Origin: Lama glama
Lineage: Eukaryota
Direction: 5' to 3'
DNA: 64,000 nt
NCBI GenBank assembly: GCA_028534125.1
Contig: CM052818.1
Location: 47,990,001-48,054,000, forward strand
In this document: positions 1 to 12,863 of the stretch, in pieces
Position numbering within the stretch: position 1 is the first letter of the stretch
Layout: each line of letters opens with the position of its first letter
Program-made: the position numbers and the translations under genes
The notes under the pieces: generated by a model
What the model was told of the DNA's origin: nothing
Database searches by the model: none
Seen by the model: the letters and a program-made list of their open reading frames with translations, nothing else

Positions 1-2874
1 TGCATCTCGTCAAAATATAAATTACAGTATGAACAACTAATTCAGGTCCGTTAGAATACTTCGCTATTCTTAAAGCCTGCAAGAAGACAAATCTGCCTGA
101 AAAACTTCCTAATCATTATAAATAGTTCACAAAGGCTTTCTTGGTAACTCGACCTTGGGTCATTGAAAGTCAAGCTGGGATAAAGCAAGAGTGAAGGGTC
201 ATTCTTGCCATTCCTGGAACCAACCAAAATTGCAGAGGTCCAGTGAAAGACAGGACTTTAAGATGTGTTTTATAAGCTCTGTAGGCCAAAGAGGGTTGGA
301 TTTCCTGCTGGGTTCAGCTCCAACACAGGTGGGCCATGCTTGAGCTGGGGTGATAAGGCAACGGACAAAGGGCACAGGTGTCCTTACGAGGTCAAGCCCT
401 GAAGTCAGATGGCTGGATCTGAGCTCCAACTCTGCTGCTTACTCGTGTGACTGTGGGCACGTTGTTTTGCTCCTCTTTCACTCCTATTGGAAGGAAAATA
501 TCGAATAGGCTGAAATAATCCTAAAATAGTCCCTAAGTTTATTGTGAGGACTAAATGAAGACAGAGCCTTAAAAATAAGTGCTCAGTCAAGGTGAGCTTT
601 TATTGTAACAGTCATTACAATGATTGTTCCTGTCAGTAGAAGTAAGGGGAACATCACTAGAATTGGAGAGGATGGAAAAAAAAGAGCGGTAAGAGGAGTC
701 AGAGGGATTTCAAGGAGGGGGTGAGGGCATTTGGGTGAGAGTGGTTCTGCTCTAGGTTGGTGTCTCAACCAGACTGTAAACTCTTGAGCTGATGTCTTTT
801 GTGCGGGGCAGGACCCGTTTGCTCTCCGCCCATCATCAAGTGCAGAGGACGCAGGCAGTGCAGTGGCTAGTTGACCGACACGTCTAGCCCCAGCTGAAGC
901 CAGGGTCACTGTGCGCAGACCCCTGAAGTCGGTATGGTTGGACTGATTGCTCATCTTCCATGTGAAGGCTCCTTAGAGTAGAGCCTTGGTTTTCTAAACC
1001 CAGTCCCTGTTTGGATGAGAATTCACCGTCTGGCTGTGCATGGCTTGGTTTCCAGTTACAACCACACCAGCCTGCATGACTCCCTTCAGCATGCTCCCAG
1101 CAAGCCCCGAGCTCCTGGAATTTGTTTAAGGCCCGTCTTTTGCAATATTAGAGAAGGGGCAGCCTTTTCACAGTTAGGGTTCTGGGAGGGCTGCTAGTAG
1201 ATGCAATGCTCCATCTCAAACCAGGACTCTGCAGGCGTCTTGCTCCTTCCAGAACTGAATGTAGGATGGTACCTGAGCTAGCACAACATTGCCTATGTAG
1301 ATTTTTTAATCATTATTTTATCATTCTTTTCAATATCATTCAGGTACTCGAGGCCTGACATCTGAGAGACAGCACATGCGAAGATACGATGTGGTGAGCG
1401 TCGGGAGCCGGTGGTGGCCGTTGCTCCCGCACCCTTGCAAACACACGGTCATGAACAGAAGTCCCCGACGTGCTCGCTCAGATGGGACCACACTCTCCTT
1501 CAATTCCAGCCCTCTCTGTCCTCAGCCACAGACCATAGGGCACAGCCACACACCCAACTTCATTCACCTTGGACTGGTCAGCCTCTGTCACAGTACCTGA
1601 CTTGCAAGAAGCCCTGTAAGTAAAAGTTAAATGAAGAGAACAAGTTAAAACAGCATTAAAGGAAGACGGCTTGGGCAGACTACGGATTTTAAGGCCTCCA
1701 CCTCAGAGGACCCGCAGTCATGTTGATGTTTTATGCTCTCTTGGATATAAAAGTCACAGCTTGCTTTCCCTCTTAGTGGCCATGTACAAAGGCTCATTTA
1801 TAATTAACAAGCAAAGCCCTTAATAGAGCAAACCAAATGTCATCTTCCCCTTTTCCTACAATACCAGGTCACTTTTCCCTCTGGATGAAAGCACTTTTGA
1901 CCCATTAAAAAAAAGTGGGATCCGTTGGGTGAATTCAGTGCAAAAAAAATACTATTTCTTGTTATATATGTTCAACTGTCTTTATCACTTTTGCCACGGT
2001 CTCAGGATAAACCAAGTCTGAGTCAGCAGGACTTTGATGAAAGCTACACTGAAGGTCTAGTTCACTGGAGTGATACATGGTGGAAAATGAAACTCTTTGT
2101 ATGCCAAGAGACTTTCCTGGGGAAGCTTGGCTGTGTCCTCCATCCACCTGTGAGCCCAAGAAGAGGGACATTTGTCACTGCTGTTCCAATGCCACACCTA
2201 ATACCCAGCCTCACCTGGTGCCTAAAGGATGTTTTCTGAATGTTGAAGGAGGATTTGGCCACCAGCTACAAGGAGCCGTTCCTCAGGGTATTGCTTTTTG
2301 GGGCCACTTGGGGAGAGGGAGTCTGTCACTAGATGGGGCCTTCAGCTCTATCTACGATGTTGAATCTGTCCCTATTTGTACGTGATGGATGTCTGACTCT
2401 TCTGGGAAATGCCCTGGAAAGAGTTATTACTAGCTAATATTTTACAATCTGGTGCAATTTGATGTTCAAAAATATTTAAGTATGCCTCTGCGTTTTCTTA
2501 AAGGGAGATGGAAATAAAAACTTAATTATAAATCAAGGTTGAAAAAGCTTATTAATGTCCCTTGAAATATTTTGACATGCAATAATGTATCTATAAATTC
2601 TAAGGATTTAGAGTTCAGTTTTAATAAGATTTTGTGTTCCCAAAAAATAAGCAAATTTTTTTCTTCTTTGAACTTACACTGGAGACAACCTAGATCCAAA
2701 TAGCAGTTTGTAGACTAAAAGATGCTTCACGCTTAGAAGATCTTTGAATGTAATTCTTAATCTTGTATGTGGTTATGAACTTTTTGAAATTAATGACGCT
2801 AGAATTCTCTGCACACTCATCTCACAGCTTTTTATTTCATGTTAGGGTCTTCCTGGACCTCTTGAATTAGTGGT

Positions 2875-2953
2875 GTTTAGTGGGATGAAAAGTCGGAGTC
2901 CTGATGCGAGCTTTGTCACTGCTTGGCTGTGTGATCATGGACAAAGACTTCAC
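2875..2953 (+). mobile_element. MIR SINE fragment, apparently interrupted by two L1 3'-end insertions
   Basis: gagtcctgatgcgagctttgtcactgcttggctgtgtgatcatggacaaagactt resembles the MIR core (gctgtgtgaccttgggcaagttactt); MIR-like sequence seems to resume near 3364. Confidence 0.55.
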
Positions 2954-3149
2954 TTTTTTTAATTGAAGTACAGTCAGTCACAATGTGTCAGTCTCTGGTG
3001 CACAGCACAATGTTCCAGTCAAGCATATACATACATATATTCATTTTCATATTTTTTTCATTAAAGGTTATTATAAGATATTGAACGTTGATCCCTGTGC
3101 TGTACAGAATAAGCTTTTTTTTTTAAATCTATTTTTATATATAGTGGCT
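2954..3149 (-). mobile_element. Camelid-type L1 3'-end fragment (5'-truncated)
   Basis: Poly-T followed by aattgaagtacagtcagtcacaatgtgtca...ataagatattgaacgttgatccctgtgctgtacag, the reverse complement of an artiodactyl L1 3' UTR. Confidence 0.85.
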
Positions 3150-3169
3150 GACTTGTTTTGAATTAACTT

Positions 3170-3362
3170 CAAAAAAATTGAAGTGTAGTTGATTTACAAC
3201 TATAGTTGTTTGTAGTTAGTTTTTGGTATACAGCTTAATGATTCAGTTGTGCATATATATTCTTTTTCACATTCTTTTTCATTATCAGCTATTACAAGAC
3301 ATTGAATATAGTTCCCTGTGCTGTACAGTAGGATGTTGTTGTTTACCTGTTTGATATAATGT
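3170..3362 (-). mobile_element. Second artiodactyl L1 3'-end fragment
   Basis: ttgaagtgtagttgatttacaa...ttacaagacattgaatatagttccctgtgctgtacagtagg; homologous to the 2954-3149 copy. Confidence 0.85.
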
Positions 3363-4379
3363 AGACTTTCTCTCTGTTTTGACAGTTCATTTAGGAAGCA
3401 GTTATTGTGTAAGATGGTTTGACTAAAGTTTTCCACTTTTCTATTACTTAAACTGAACACTCTGTGACGGGAGAAGTTCTCTCCAGGCTGGGCAAGCTTC
3501 ACCATCACGGCTACCTGAGTTTTCTTTCAGTTCCACACCCAGTGACACGCCGCTGTATTATGGCTCAGTAATAAGAATGAAATATGAGCTAGTAAGAGCT
3601 TAATCAAGTCATTATGAAGATTTGGCTCATTGGAAACTTAGAAAAGTACCAATAGGAGTTGAAATGATGCATAATAGAAAAATGACATGCTTAAATGGGC
3701 ATGTTTCTGAGAACTGGATATAATAGATTTTGCATCTTCCTAGGAAAAAGAAAATGTCTAATTCTGCAAAACTCAAGGTGTCGCCTAGAAGGATCATTTG
3801 CGTTTCGCCTCCTGTGGGCACTGGTGATGTTGGAGCTCGGCTGAAAATAAAAGCTTTGGGGCCTGGACAGGCCAACACCCACAAGCTTTAGAATTCAGAT
3901 CAAAGAGACTTATTTTGGAAAAAAAAAAAACAACCTTTTCATGAAAAAGGTGTAAAGCTGCAACACTTCTGCAACTGAACTGGAGATCCTCTGAGATGAA
4001 AGCAGTATAGACCCTCAGGTGACCTTGGCTCCCATCGAATGGTCCCACGTTTCCTCCTTCAGGGAAACGGTCCACTGGACACAGGGATAAGGGAGAGCGC
4101 ATCCCCCCAGGCAATGAACATTTTCTAGAAAAGGGCAGGGGTGTCAGGGTAGAAAGATCCTGCTCATTTTTGAGGATATTTTTGTTGATTTTAAGCAATC
4201 ATTCCTTCTCTGCTCCAATTATATATTTCCAGTTACATATCATGTGTAGTTTTTATTTTCCATACTATTTAGTGGAAAGCCAGACAAATAAATTAGTGAA
4301 TGTAAAGCAGTGGGAGAAGTTTATAGTGACTGTATTCATTCAGGTTTGTGTAAGCCCATAATTATTTAAATCAGCCAGT

Positions 4380-5090
4380 GGGTGGAGGAAAACTTCCTGA
4401 AAGAGGTGATATTTGCTCAGATTTGATATAGGAGTAGGTATTTGAAAAGGGACATCCTCGTTGTGAGAACAGCCTTTGCAAAAGAAAAGCAAGAAAGAGT
4501 AAATATTTAACCAAAACAGGAGGGAAATGATGCAAGTAGGCAACAAGGCAGGAGGACCCCATCCTGCTCACAAAACTGACCGCAAAGCCAAAGTGCAAGG
4601 AGTGTGTGGATTCTGAAAGTTCAGGTGAACAGTAAACAGAAGAGAGGCTGTGGGTGGGTTTTCAGCAGAGGTGAAATGCGATCGGCTACTCGACTCACAC
4701 AGACCACTCTGGCAACAGTTTCTGTGATGTATTTGTGGGGGGAATGGCATTTAGAAGAGGCAGGAAAGATAGGAGATTATTAATATTAATAACATGTGAG
4801 TAACAGGACTAGAGCCTGGATTTAGGCATAGCAGTGACATTGATGCAATAGATTGTGGAAGCTGGTCTCAAGAGATTTTGAGAAGGTAAAATGGATGCGA
4901 CGTGGGACCATGTGAATGGGGCTTATTGGTGAAACATCATGGTGGAAAAAGAGCAGGCAATCACAGGTAGTGCTCGGAAGCATGGATGGATACTCGGAAA
5001 ATGCAGTTGACTCACCATCATGGGCACCAAACGAGGAGATGCATAAGTGTGGAGCAGAGAATCTGTACTTTTCACCCATTACCACTTTAG
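4380..5090 (-). mobile_element. L2 LINE fragment(s)
   Basis: Purine-rich, with L2-antisense motifs ggaaaacttcctgaaagaggtgatattt, ggttttcagcagaggtgaaatg, gaccactctggc and agagattttgagaaggtaaaat. Confidence 0.6.
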
Positions 5091-5559
5091 ACTTGATGAG
5101 TGCCCTTGATTTAAGACCACAGTCATTGTGGGAAAGCAAGTGAACTGCCTCCCATGAGGGGTCTTTGGTTCAGCTGCCATAGATTAGCTGAATTTTGGTC
5201 CCTGGACAATTGGCTGGGCCACTAGACATTGGGTAAAAATCTGAAGTTCCATTCAGGGACAAAATGGATTTTTCTTACCCAGTAAGACATCGTATCCTTT
5301 TTATTTCTTTTCTTTAAGTTTCATTACTGATCTATTAGCACCAACCCAACTTATTTAGCCCTATGATTAATCATGACATATGTATGCTGGATAAAAACGT
5401 GCGAAGTCTTTAATGATGTCGTCTCCAAGAGACAGGAGTTCACCAATACCTTTTCCTGCTCGATCTCTGAACATTTTAATTGAGGTTACCCACGTTTCTG
5501 AAGGTCTGATGTCTTTTCAGGAGCCAGTACCAGAGCCTAAACTCGGTAGGGATCAGCCC

Positions 5560-5715
5560 TGATTCATGGTTGGAACACTAGGATTCCAGTGGTGTTTCTA
5601 TCGTAAGTAGGCGTGTGACCTTGGGCAAACCACAGGAGCTCTGCTGGATTTTTAAAACTTGGCTAACAGACTAGATAGTATTAACATCTTTTCAACTTCA
5701 GTGTCTATATGACTC
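5560..5715 (+). mobile_element. MIR/MIR3 fragment
   Basis: gtgtgaccttgggcaaaccac core and a gactagat...tcttttcaacttc tail. Confidence 0.55.
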
Positions 5716-7996
5716 CATTAAATTTGTGATGCATTCTTTTTTAGAATGGCTGCTAGAAAGGGTGTGGGATTCTGACTAAGGGAATAAGGTTTCATGAGAA
5801 AATTTATAGAGAAACTTCAAGGGGAGCCAGAACTAGGTATAAACGTACATGGCAGTCTAAATGAAAGGTGTTTCTCACGTTTATGCTTTATTTATTAGGG
5901 TCGTGGCAAGATTAAACCAAGAGAAGAAAAGAATTTTGATGTACAGAAAACGCAACTTCTTACAAAATACAAACTGTGCCACTATTGACAGTCCTTTGAA
6001 TTTTGGCCCTCTTGTTTTGCTCTTCATTCACGCCTAAATTCATCCCTCTTCAGTCAACAAGAACACAAATCACCAGACTGTAGCGGGCCAGGCTTATCTT
6101 TGTCTACTTTTTGTTAGGGAACCCGAGGATTTGATTACCACATGCGCAAACGGTACAGTTCATTAGCTGCAACCATTTTCATCATTTTGAAAGGAAAAAA
6201 GAAATGGGTATTAGATTTAGAAACAAGATACGCTTTCTCTCCTGGGAACTAGAAGCAGAGAAGAGGTTTTGACCAAACTGAGTGGAAAACCACAATAAAG
6301 AAAACCAGTCTGGGAACCACTGTCTGGATGCGCAGGCATGTGTCTATGGAAGTTACACAGTCTGACATGAAGATACCGGGAGCCGAATGAGGCCATATAT
6401 CCCCCGAATGGGGTGCAAATTTGGGAGACATCTGCTCCTGCTATCCAGATAGATGAGATAACAGCTTTGTAAAACCTGTCTCACTTCCTACAGCCTCTAC
6501 CTGAAATCTCTGAGATCACGGCGAACCAGCATGTGTGATCAAAATAGAAGAGAAATGTTTTTTTAAAGTATTAGTGGGAGTGCAGTCAGATAAAGATATT
6601 GAAAGGGATATTGTTTAAATCAATTCAAAGCAAATTTACAGGGCTGAAATTAGAATCACGGAGAAAATGATTCTAAACAACTTTTAATAAGCAGAGGACT
6701 GTAAATGGAAATTAATAGTAGAATACGCATTATTATTTTAAAAGTCATAAACTCCATTGCTACTATCTTTATTTAGTATTATGTCTTTGCCATTTCTTTA
6801 AATATAATAAAATTCACAGATTAGATGGGTTCCCTTATACACTCCCCACCAGGATTTTGCTGAGAAGATGTGCGACATTCTATTACTATGTGAGTTTTGG
6901 TCAGACCAATAAGGGACTGATTCTGTTCTGTGCCCTTAAAGAAGCTATCACTTCCTTTGAGACCCATAAACCTGCTGCCTGACAGGTGTTATCAAGCGCT
7001 GCTATGACTTTATCTGTGTGTTTATTTATTTAGTTTGTTTGATTTCACTTTTGATTTTATTCTGCTTCATTTTACCAATGTCATTGAGGAAGATGAGTTT
7101 AAAATGAAAGGCAATTTCTTTCTCCAAATACTTCACTCCGAAGATTTGTATATAAGTTCGATCGAATTATTTCTGTACTGAAAACTGAAGTAGAGTATGA
7201 AGAATGACTATTTATGAAAAGATAAAAAGAACAGAAGAGTTCAGCATATATCTTACTGGAGACTGGATAGGAACTGCTGAGGAAAGTCTTTACAAATAGC
7301 CTTTGCAGAGAGAAGCAAGGGTGTGTCTTATAAACACCCACCAGCGAGAACCCAGACTCAAACGTGAAAGTAAACAATTGTATGGTCGTCCTGAATTCCA
7401 GTCTGAAAGTCCCATTTTGGCTTGGAAATTGGCCCACCAGGCTCTGAAGTTTATGAGCTGTTATCCTGGTTCTAAAACACACGCTGTAAGAAGCAGCACC
7501 GCAGGCTGGACTGTGGAACTGCCCACATCCCCGCGGATGTGCTGCCGCTGAGCTGCTCAGCATCCCTTTAAACTTCACCCAGACCGTCCTGAGACTGTTA
7601 CGCTCGCCCTCGCTCAGCGCTTTTAGACATTTTGTTTTCCTTCTATTAAAACAAGCATCTTAATAATCTCTAAATAAATCATGACTCTCATGAATGCATA
7701 TAAAATTTTGAAGTTTTCTTTCTCAATCAGTGAAGAAAGGAACGGTAGTGAGATCTTTTTTAAATTGTCATTTTTAGTTGATCTGTTCACTTCTTCTGTT
7801 TCTAATGGGAAAATCGTGATGTTGAAAGTCAATCAGTTAAGCTTACTGGGAGCTGGCAAAGCACCGCGATAGATGTCATAGAAAACACAAAGATGGATGC
7901 ATATATGAAGGGCTTACCCCCTACTGAGAGCAGAGAACAAAGGTAAGTCAAACGAAAGTGGAAATTAAAACCACTTGAAAATGTGTAATTTAATTG

Positions 7997-9170
7997 AGGC
8001 AGGGCTTCTGGCTATTACAGAATAAAAAGATCAGCAAATCTCCCCTCAAAACAAGTTTAAACTAAGGAAATGCGTGAAAAACAGTCATGTAAGGGCTCTG
8101 GAAAATTTCTAGAGAAAAGCAAGAAAGTGATAAATGCTTGTTCATGAAAAACTGTTACCGCTCTGGGTAAAGTCACTGGGAGTCTCTGGCCTTTTTGCCA
8201 GGGTTCTTCCCACTTCTCCACCTCTAGCCAGGTTGGTTGGTTGCGTTGGTGATTTATTTTCTTGTGGGGTCACAGGAAGGAGGAAGGAGGACGGCCCCCA
8301 AAAGCATGATTAAATTCTTCACCAGCAGCTTCAGACTTGGTGCAGAGCAGAGGCTGAAAATCTGTGCCCAGTACCATTGCCAGTAACAGTGGCATCACTG
8401 GTGGGAAGTGAACGGACAAGCCTGTGGCTCTGCTGGTCTGAAGCTGGGTCCTGGGTGGGGCGAGTGGTGAGCCAGTCAGGAATGCAGTGGGGAGTCTCTG
8501 AAAATAAGGGTGCCGTGGAGAGACACGTGAGGTCTCCCAACCGAGATGACTGACCCTCAAAATAGAGACGTACCGGGCAGATTCAAGAAGGGCCAGCCCA
8601 GCAGAGTTTGCAGATACTAACAACTATTTAAAAATATATAAAATAGATGAACAGTGACTTACTGCATAGCACAGAAAACTATACTCGATATCTTATAATT
8701 ACCTATAATGGAAAAGAATATGAAAAAGTATGTGTATATATATATATAATAAAAAACATAAGTAAAAGAAGAAGAAAAAATAAAAGAAGCTCCAGCAGAA
8801 AGAAAACCAGGAAGTTCGGAAGCCTGCCTATAATTTAGATGTTCTTTCCATCAAAATGGACACGTCCATTCAGATCCATCGACGGGGCAGACACTTCAGG
8901 GACTTCAGGGTGTGTGCAGAGCATCTTTCCAGCTGTTGTCTCATCACTGAGCAATTTAGACACAGGGGTCTGGCCGCTAGATAGCAAAGTAAACTAAAAT
9001 GAAAGTTGAAAATTAGGGGACCCGCCAGCACCACAGAGAGTAAAGGAGACACATCACCAAGAAAAGAAAAAAAATCTCAGGACAAAATAATTCCGTCCAG
9101 AGGTGCTACAATACCATATTACCTTAAAATGTCTAGTTTTCAAGAAAAAAATGTAAGAAAAGAATTGGTG
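7997..9170 (+). mobile_element. Ancient L1M 5' region (5' UTR up to the approach to ORF1), interrupted by a younger L1 3'-end copy
   Basis: Starts gggcttctggctattacagaataaaaagatcagcaaatc...agggctctggaaa and ends ccagaggtgctacaataccatattaccttaaaatgtctagttttcaagaaaaaa, typical of old L1M 5' ends. Confidence 0.65.
8604..8785 (+). mobile_element. Camelid-type L1 3'-end fragment with A-rich tail
   Basis: gagtttgcagatactaacaacta...tactgcatagcacagaaaactatactcgatatcttataattacctataatggaaaagaatatgaaaaag, then (TA)n, AATAAA and an A-rich tail; approximate TSD aagaagggccagc / aagaagctccagc. Confidence 0.8.
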
Positions 9171-10469
9171 TTGCCATCATGGCCACTGCATCCTTACCTG
9201 TGAGCTCTCTTGCGGGTTCCTCTCTCCCCAGGACCTCTCGACTCCAGGACATGAGGAGGAAAGGAAGATGAGCCTCCCTCTCCCCAGTGCTTGTTCTCTG
9301 TCATCCACTGGACACCCTGTTTTTGCAGACAGAGATTGAGAGCCTCTCCTGGAGCAGAAGAGAGGGAAACAGCCAGCCTCATGCCATCTCTCTTCTCCAG
9401 GAGATGCCAAAAGCTGAGGCCAGGATGGTATAAAATCATCAGAGAACGCACAGTCCTCACTTGCTTCCATCCTGCTCAGAGCAAATGTGAGACATGGTTT
9501 TATACAGAGACACAGGGTGGGGATGCCCCAGATACTCGGTGACCAGCGAGGAGGACCCGGGGCAGATGCTGCCGAGCTGGGGGCGCGACTGGCCTTCCCA
9601 GGCTGTGCCGGGATGGAGTACTGTCCTTCCCGACTTCTGACAAAGAGAAACATTTGGTGCTGGTGTGGAGCTACGGATATGGCAGGTATCTGTCATTATA
9701 CCGTCATCAGAGATGAGCTAATTGGATAGCACTTGATAACTGATCAGTTGCAACATTCATAAAACTGCTTCTCATTTCCTCCTCACATCACTATAGCAGA
9801 TGGTGCCTGGTACTCTAAGGGCAGAGCTTGTAGGCAGAGCCGGAAGTGTGATTATGGTCCAAAGATCAAATATTTGGTACAGGCATTAGGGAGCCAACGA
9901 GACCACGATGCTGAGAGGCATGCGTGATTTACTGTTGGATTTAATCTACTTGAAAAAAAGAATCTTGGTGCGAGATTAAGAAAACCAAAACGTCATCAAC
10001 TAACACCTGAAATTTCTCAGCACCATCCTCCTGTAGCATTAAACAAAACCCAGGAGGCTCTGGGAGAAAGAACATGGAAAATTTAGTGACGAACTTCACC
10101 TGGGTAACTCGATAAATATTACCTTCGTGGCTAGTCAGTAGCCAGGAAACCCCGAAAACCACGGAGAAGCCTGCAAAATGCTTCAGCTGTGAAAGGGGTT
10201 GCCTTCTCGGAGCATGAGGCCTGGCACATAAATGCCAGTAAACTTTCTCTTACAGAAAACTAGTTCCATTGAAAGAGAGTCTTTCTCAGTCGTTAAGGTG
10301 GCTCCTTTCCTCTTAGTCCCCTTGGACCGGATTTCTTTTTGGTAATTCAAGCTTATAAAACACTGAAATTTAGCGGTGGATTTATACACATATCTGTGTA
10401 GACCTCCTCTGCAAACATTCATGGACCCACCACAATATACCAGCACTGAGCACTGAGTATTAGAGTTAC

Positions 10470-10646
10470 CCTCAGCTAAAAAGAAGACGCCACGTTTCTT
10501 TAGGCGCACGATGATTTTATGAATCAGTAAGGCAGAGAAGAAAGGAAAAAGCTGCTGAGGACAATTGTATATTGGCATTGACTGTAAGATGCCCCCAGAT
10601 TTTAGAGCTGTTAAAAGTGTGCCATTAAAATTCAGTGAAATTCGAG
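10470..10646 (-). mobile_element. MER104-like TcMar-Tc2 non-autonomous DNA transposon
   Basis: gcgcacgatgattttatg...ggcattgactgtaagatgcccccagattttagagctgttaaaagtgtgccattaaaattcagtgaaattcg follows the reverse complement of the MER104 consensus as I recall it. Confidence 0.7.
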
Positions 10647-10814
10647 GGAAGCATTATTCATGTAGATGTATGTTATCTTTTTTGTGTGTGTTTTATATGG
10701 CCTTTTTTTTTTCAGTGAAAACCAGGTTTTCTTAAAGGAAAGTGACATCACAGTGCATTTAAGTCTCTGGACTCATCATTGGCCATAAATAAAACAAAAC
10801 AAACAAAACAAAAC

Positions 10815-11505
10815 AAATTTCCAGAACAGTTTTAGATTCACGGTGATATTGAGCAGAAGACACAGAGGTTTCCATATACACTTGTTTCCCCACCAAAATG
10901 GTATATTTGCTATAATTCATGAACTGATATTTACACATTGGAATCACCCAAGTCCATGGTTTATATTACGGTTCAGTCTTGGTGTTGTCCGTTCTATGTG
11001 CTTGGACAAGTGTATAATGACTTATGCCCGTAATTATAGCATTTTCACTGTCCTAACAGTTCTCTCTGGCTCCCCTAGCCTTTCTCTCTGCCCCCATCCC
11101 AGCCCCTGGCAACCACTGGACTTTTTACTGTCTTTATAGTTTTGCCTTTTCCAGAATGTCATGTAATTGGAATTACACAGTTTGTAGCCTTTTCAGGCTG
11201 ACGTCGTTCACTTAGTTACATGCATTTCAGTTTCTTCCATGCCTTTTCATGTTTCATTTGTCTGGATGTACTGCATCCATTCACCTACTGAAGGGAATCT
11301 TGGTTGCGTCTAAATTTTGGCAGTTATGAATAAAGTTGCTATAAACATTCACGTGCAGGCTTTTATGCGGACATAAGTTTCCATCTCATCTGAGTAAACA
11401 CCAAGGAGTACAATTGCTGGATGCTAAGGTAAGAGTGTGCCTGGTTTTGTAAGCTGCCAAAATGTCTTCCAGAGTGACTGTGCCATCTGCATCCCCACCA
11501 GCAGT
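10815..11505 (-). mobile_element. L1MC-type 3' end
   Basis: agaacagttttagattcacggtgatattgagcagaagacacagaggtttccatatac...cagcccctggcaaccactgga...gttttgccttttccagaatgtcat...gaataaagttgctataaacattcacgtgcagg. Confidence 0.85.
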
Positions 11506-12039
11506 TTTACTGTTGTTTTCTGGCTCCAACCACTAGCAGATTCCCCACGTGACTCACCCAACATGCCCTGATGCACAAAATCCAGCCCCTGCCCACCTTC
11601 CCTACTGCGCTGGCATCCGCTCTGAAGCTTTAGGTCACTGACAGGGCAAGGGCAGCGAGGAAACTTTTTGGTGATGAGGAAGGACGTAGAGAGACAGATC
11701 TCCTTCCAGAGAGGGTCACATTGAGTTTGGAGACATTGTCATAAATACATGACAGGTGGGGAATTAGCGTTTGCCTGAAGTAGAGTTGTGATGATCACCC
11801 ACTTATTTACAGAATCAGATTGCATTCCATTTTTGACATTGACTTTTTGATTTTTGTTCATTTGTTTGACATTGAAAGCCTCCCAGGAAAATTATGTGAA
11901 GTCAGTCATATCTGCTGGTATAATTGTAGTGCATACACATTACATAAACAAATACATGTGCAGAACGGAATTTACATTGCATTATTGGGCAGCGTTTAAA
12001 GATGGATGCTTTGATGTTGGAAAGTAATTTTGAACTAAG

Positions 12040-12182
12040 TACAAGGAAATATAATCCTGGTTCTATATTCACTTCCTGTGAAACCTCGAAGCATTCGATA
12101 AGCCTATCTTTTTCTCTCTTTTTGAAAAATTAAATGGGGAGAGATATTTTTAGAAGCTCTTTCTAATTTGAAAACTCTATTA
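12040..12182 (+). mobile_element. MIR3-like fragment
   Basis: aatcctggttctatattcacttcctgtgaaacctcg...agaagctctttctaatttgaaaactctat. Confidence 0.45.
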
Positions 12183-12643
12183 AACACTGACTGTTCGGGT
12201 TTCCTAGGAGATAAAACACAAGATTATATTTCAAACCCCAAGATTATCCAGAAAGGATTAAGAGACATTTGTAAAGAAATGTATTTTCTTTTGTCTACCT
12301 GGACTTCAAGGAAAAAGATAATCTAAAAAGTTAGTTTAAAACCTTGGTTGCATAAGTTAACTTGAAAATTGAATAATCGTATCACATGTATACATGCTCA
12401 ATCCTGTAAAGACTTTCATTTCTTAAGTAACTTTTCATTCCTTATTCATCAGTCTTGAGAAAAACCTAATCTTCATTTATCTGGCATTCAGCCCCACGTT
12501 CTGCATTTCCAGGAGAAATAGGCTATTTTGAAGCCTGTTTAGATAAACTTTTGTTAACAGAGTGAATGCAAGCCAGGATCACAGTCACTGTTAAAAACTC
12601 TGTTTCAGTTTAATTTTCTTTTGATGCCAAACATAAGAATATG

Positions 12644-12863
12644 CTTTTTTAATTGAAGTGTAGTCAGTTATAGTGTGTTAATTTTTGGTGTACAGCATAA
12701 TGGTTTAGTCATACGTATATTCATTTTCATATTCTTCTTCAGTATAGGTGACTACAAGATATTGAATATAGTTTCCTGTGCTCTATGGAAGAAACTTGCT
12801 GTTTATCTATTTTTTATATAGTAGTTGGTATCTGCAAACTTGAACTCCCAGTTTCTCTCTTCC
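12644..12863 (-). mobile_element. Camelid-type L1 3'-end fragment
   Basis: Poly-T then aattgaagtgtagtcagttat...ctacaagatattgaatatagtttcctgtgctctat...tatctgcaaacttgaactcccagttt. Confidence 0.85.

Noticed and set aside
1344..1615. Possible exons on both strands (plus 1344-1393 or to 1615; minus from 1613)
   Set aside because: Plausible splice sites occur on both strands with no recognisable peptide, so they cannot be separated from pseudo-exons.
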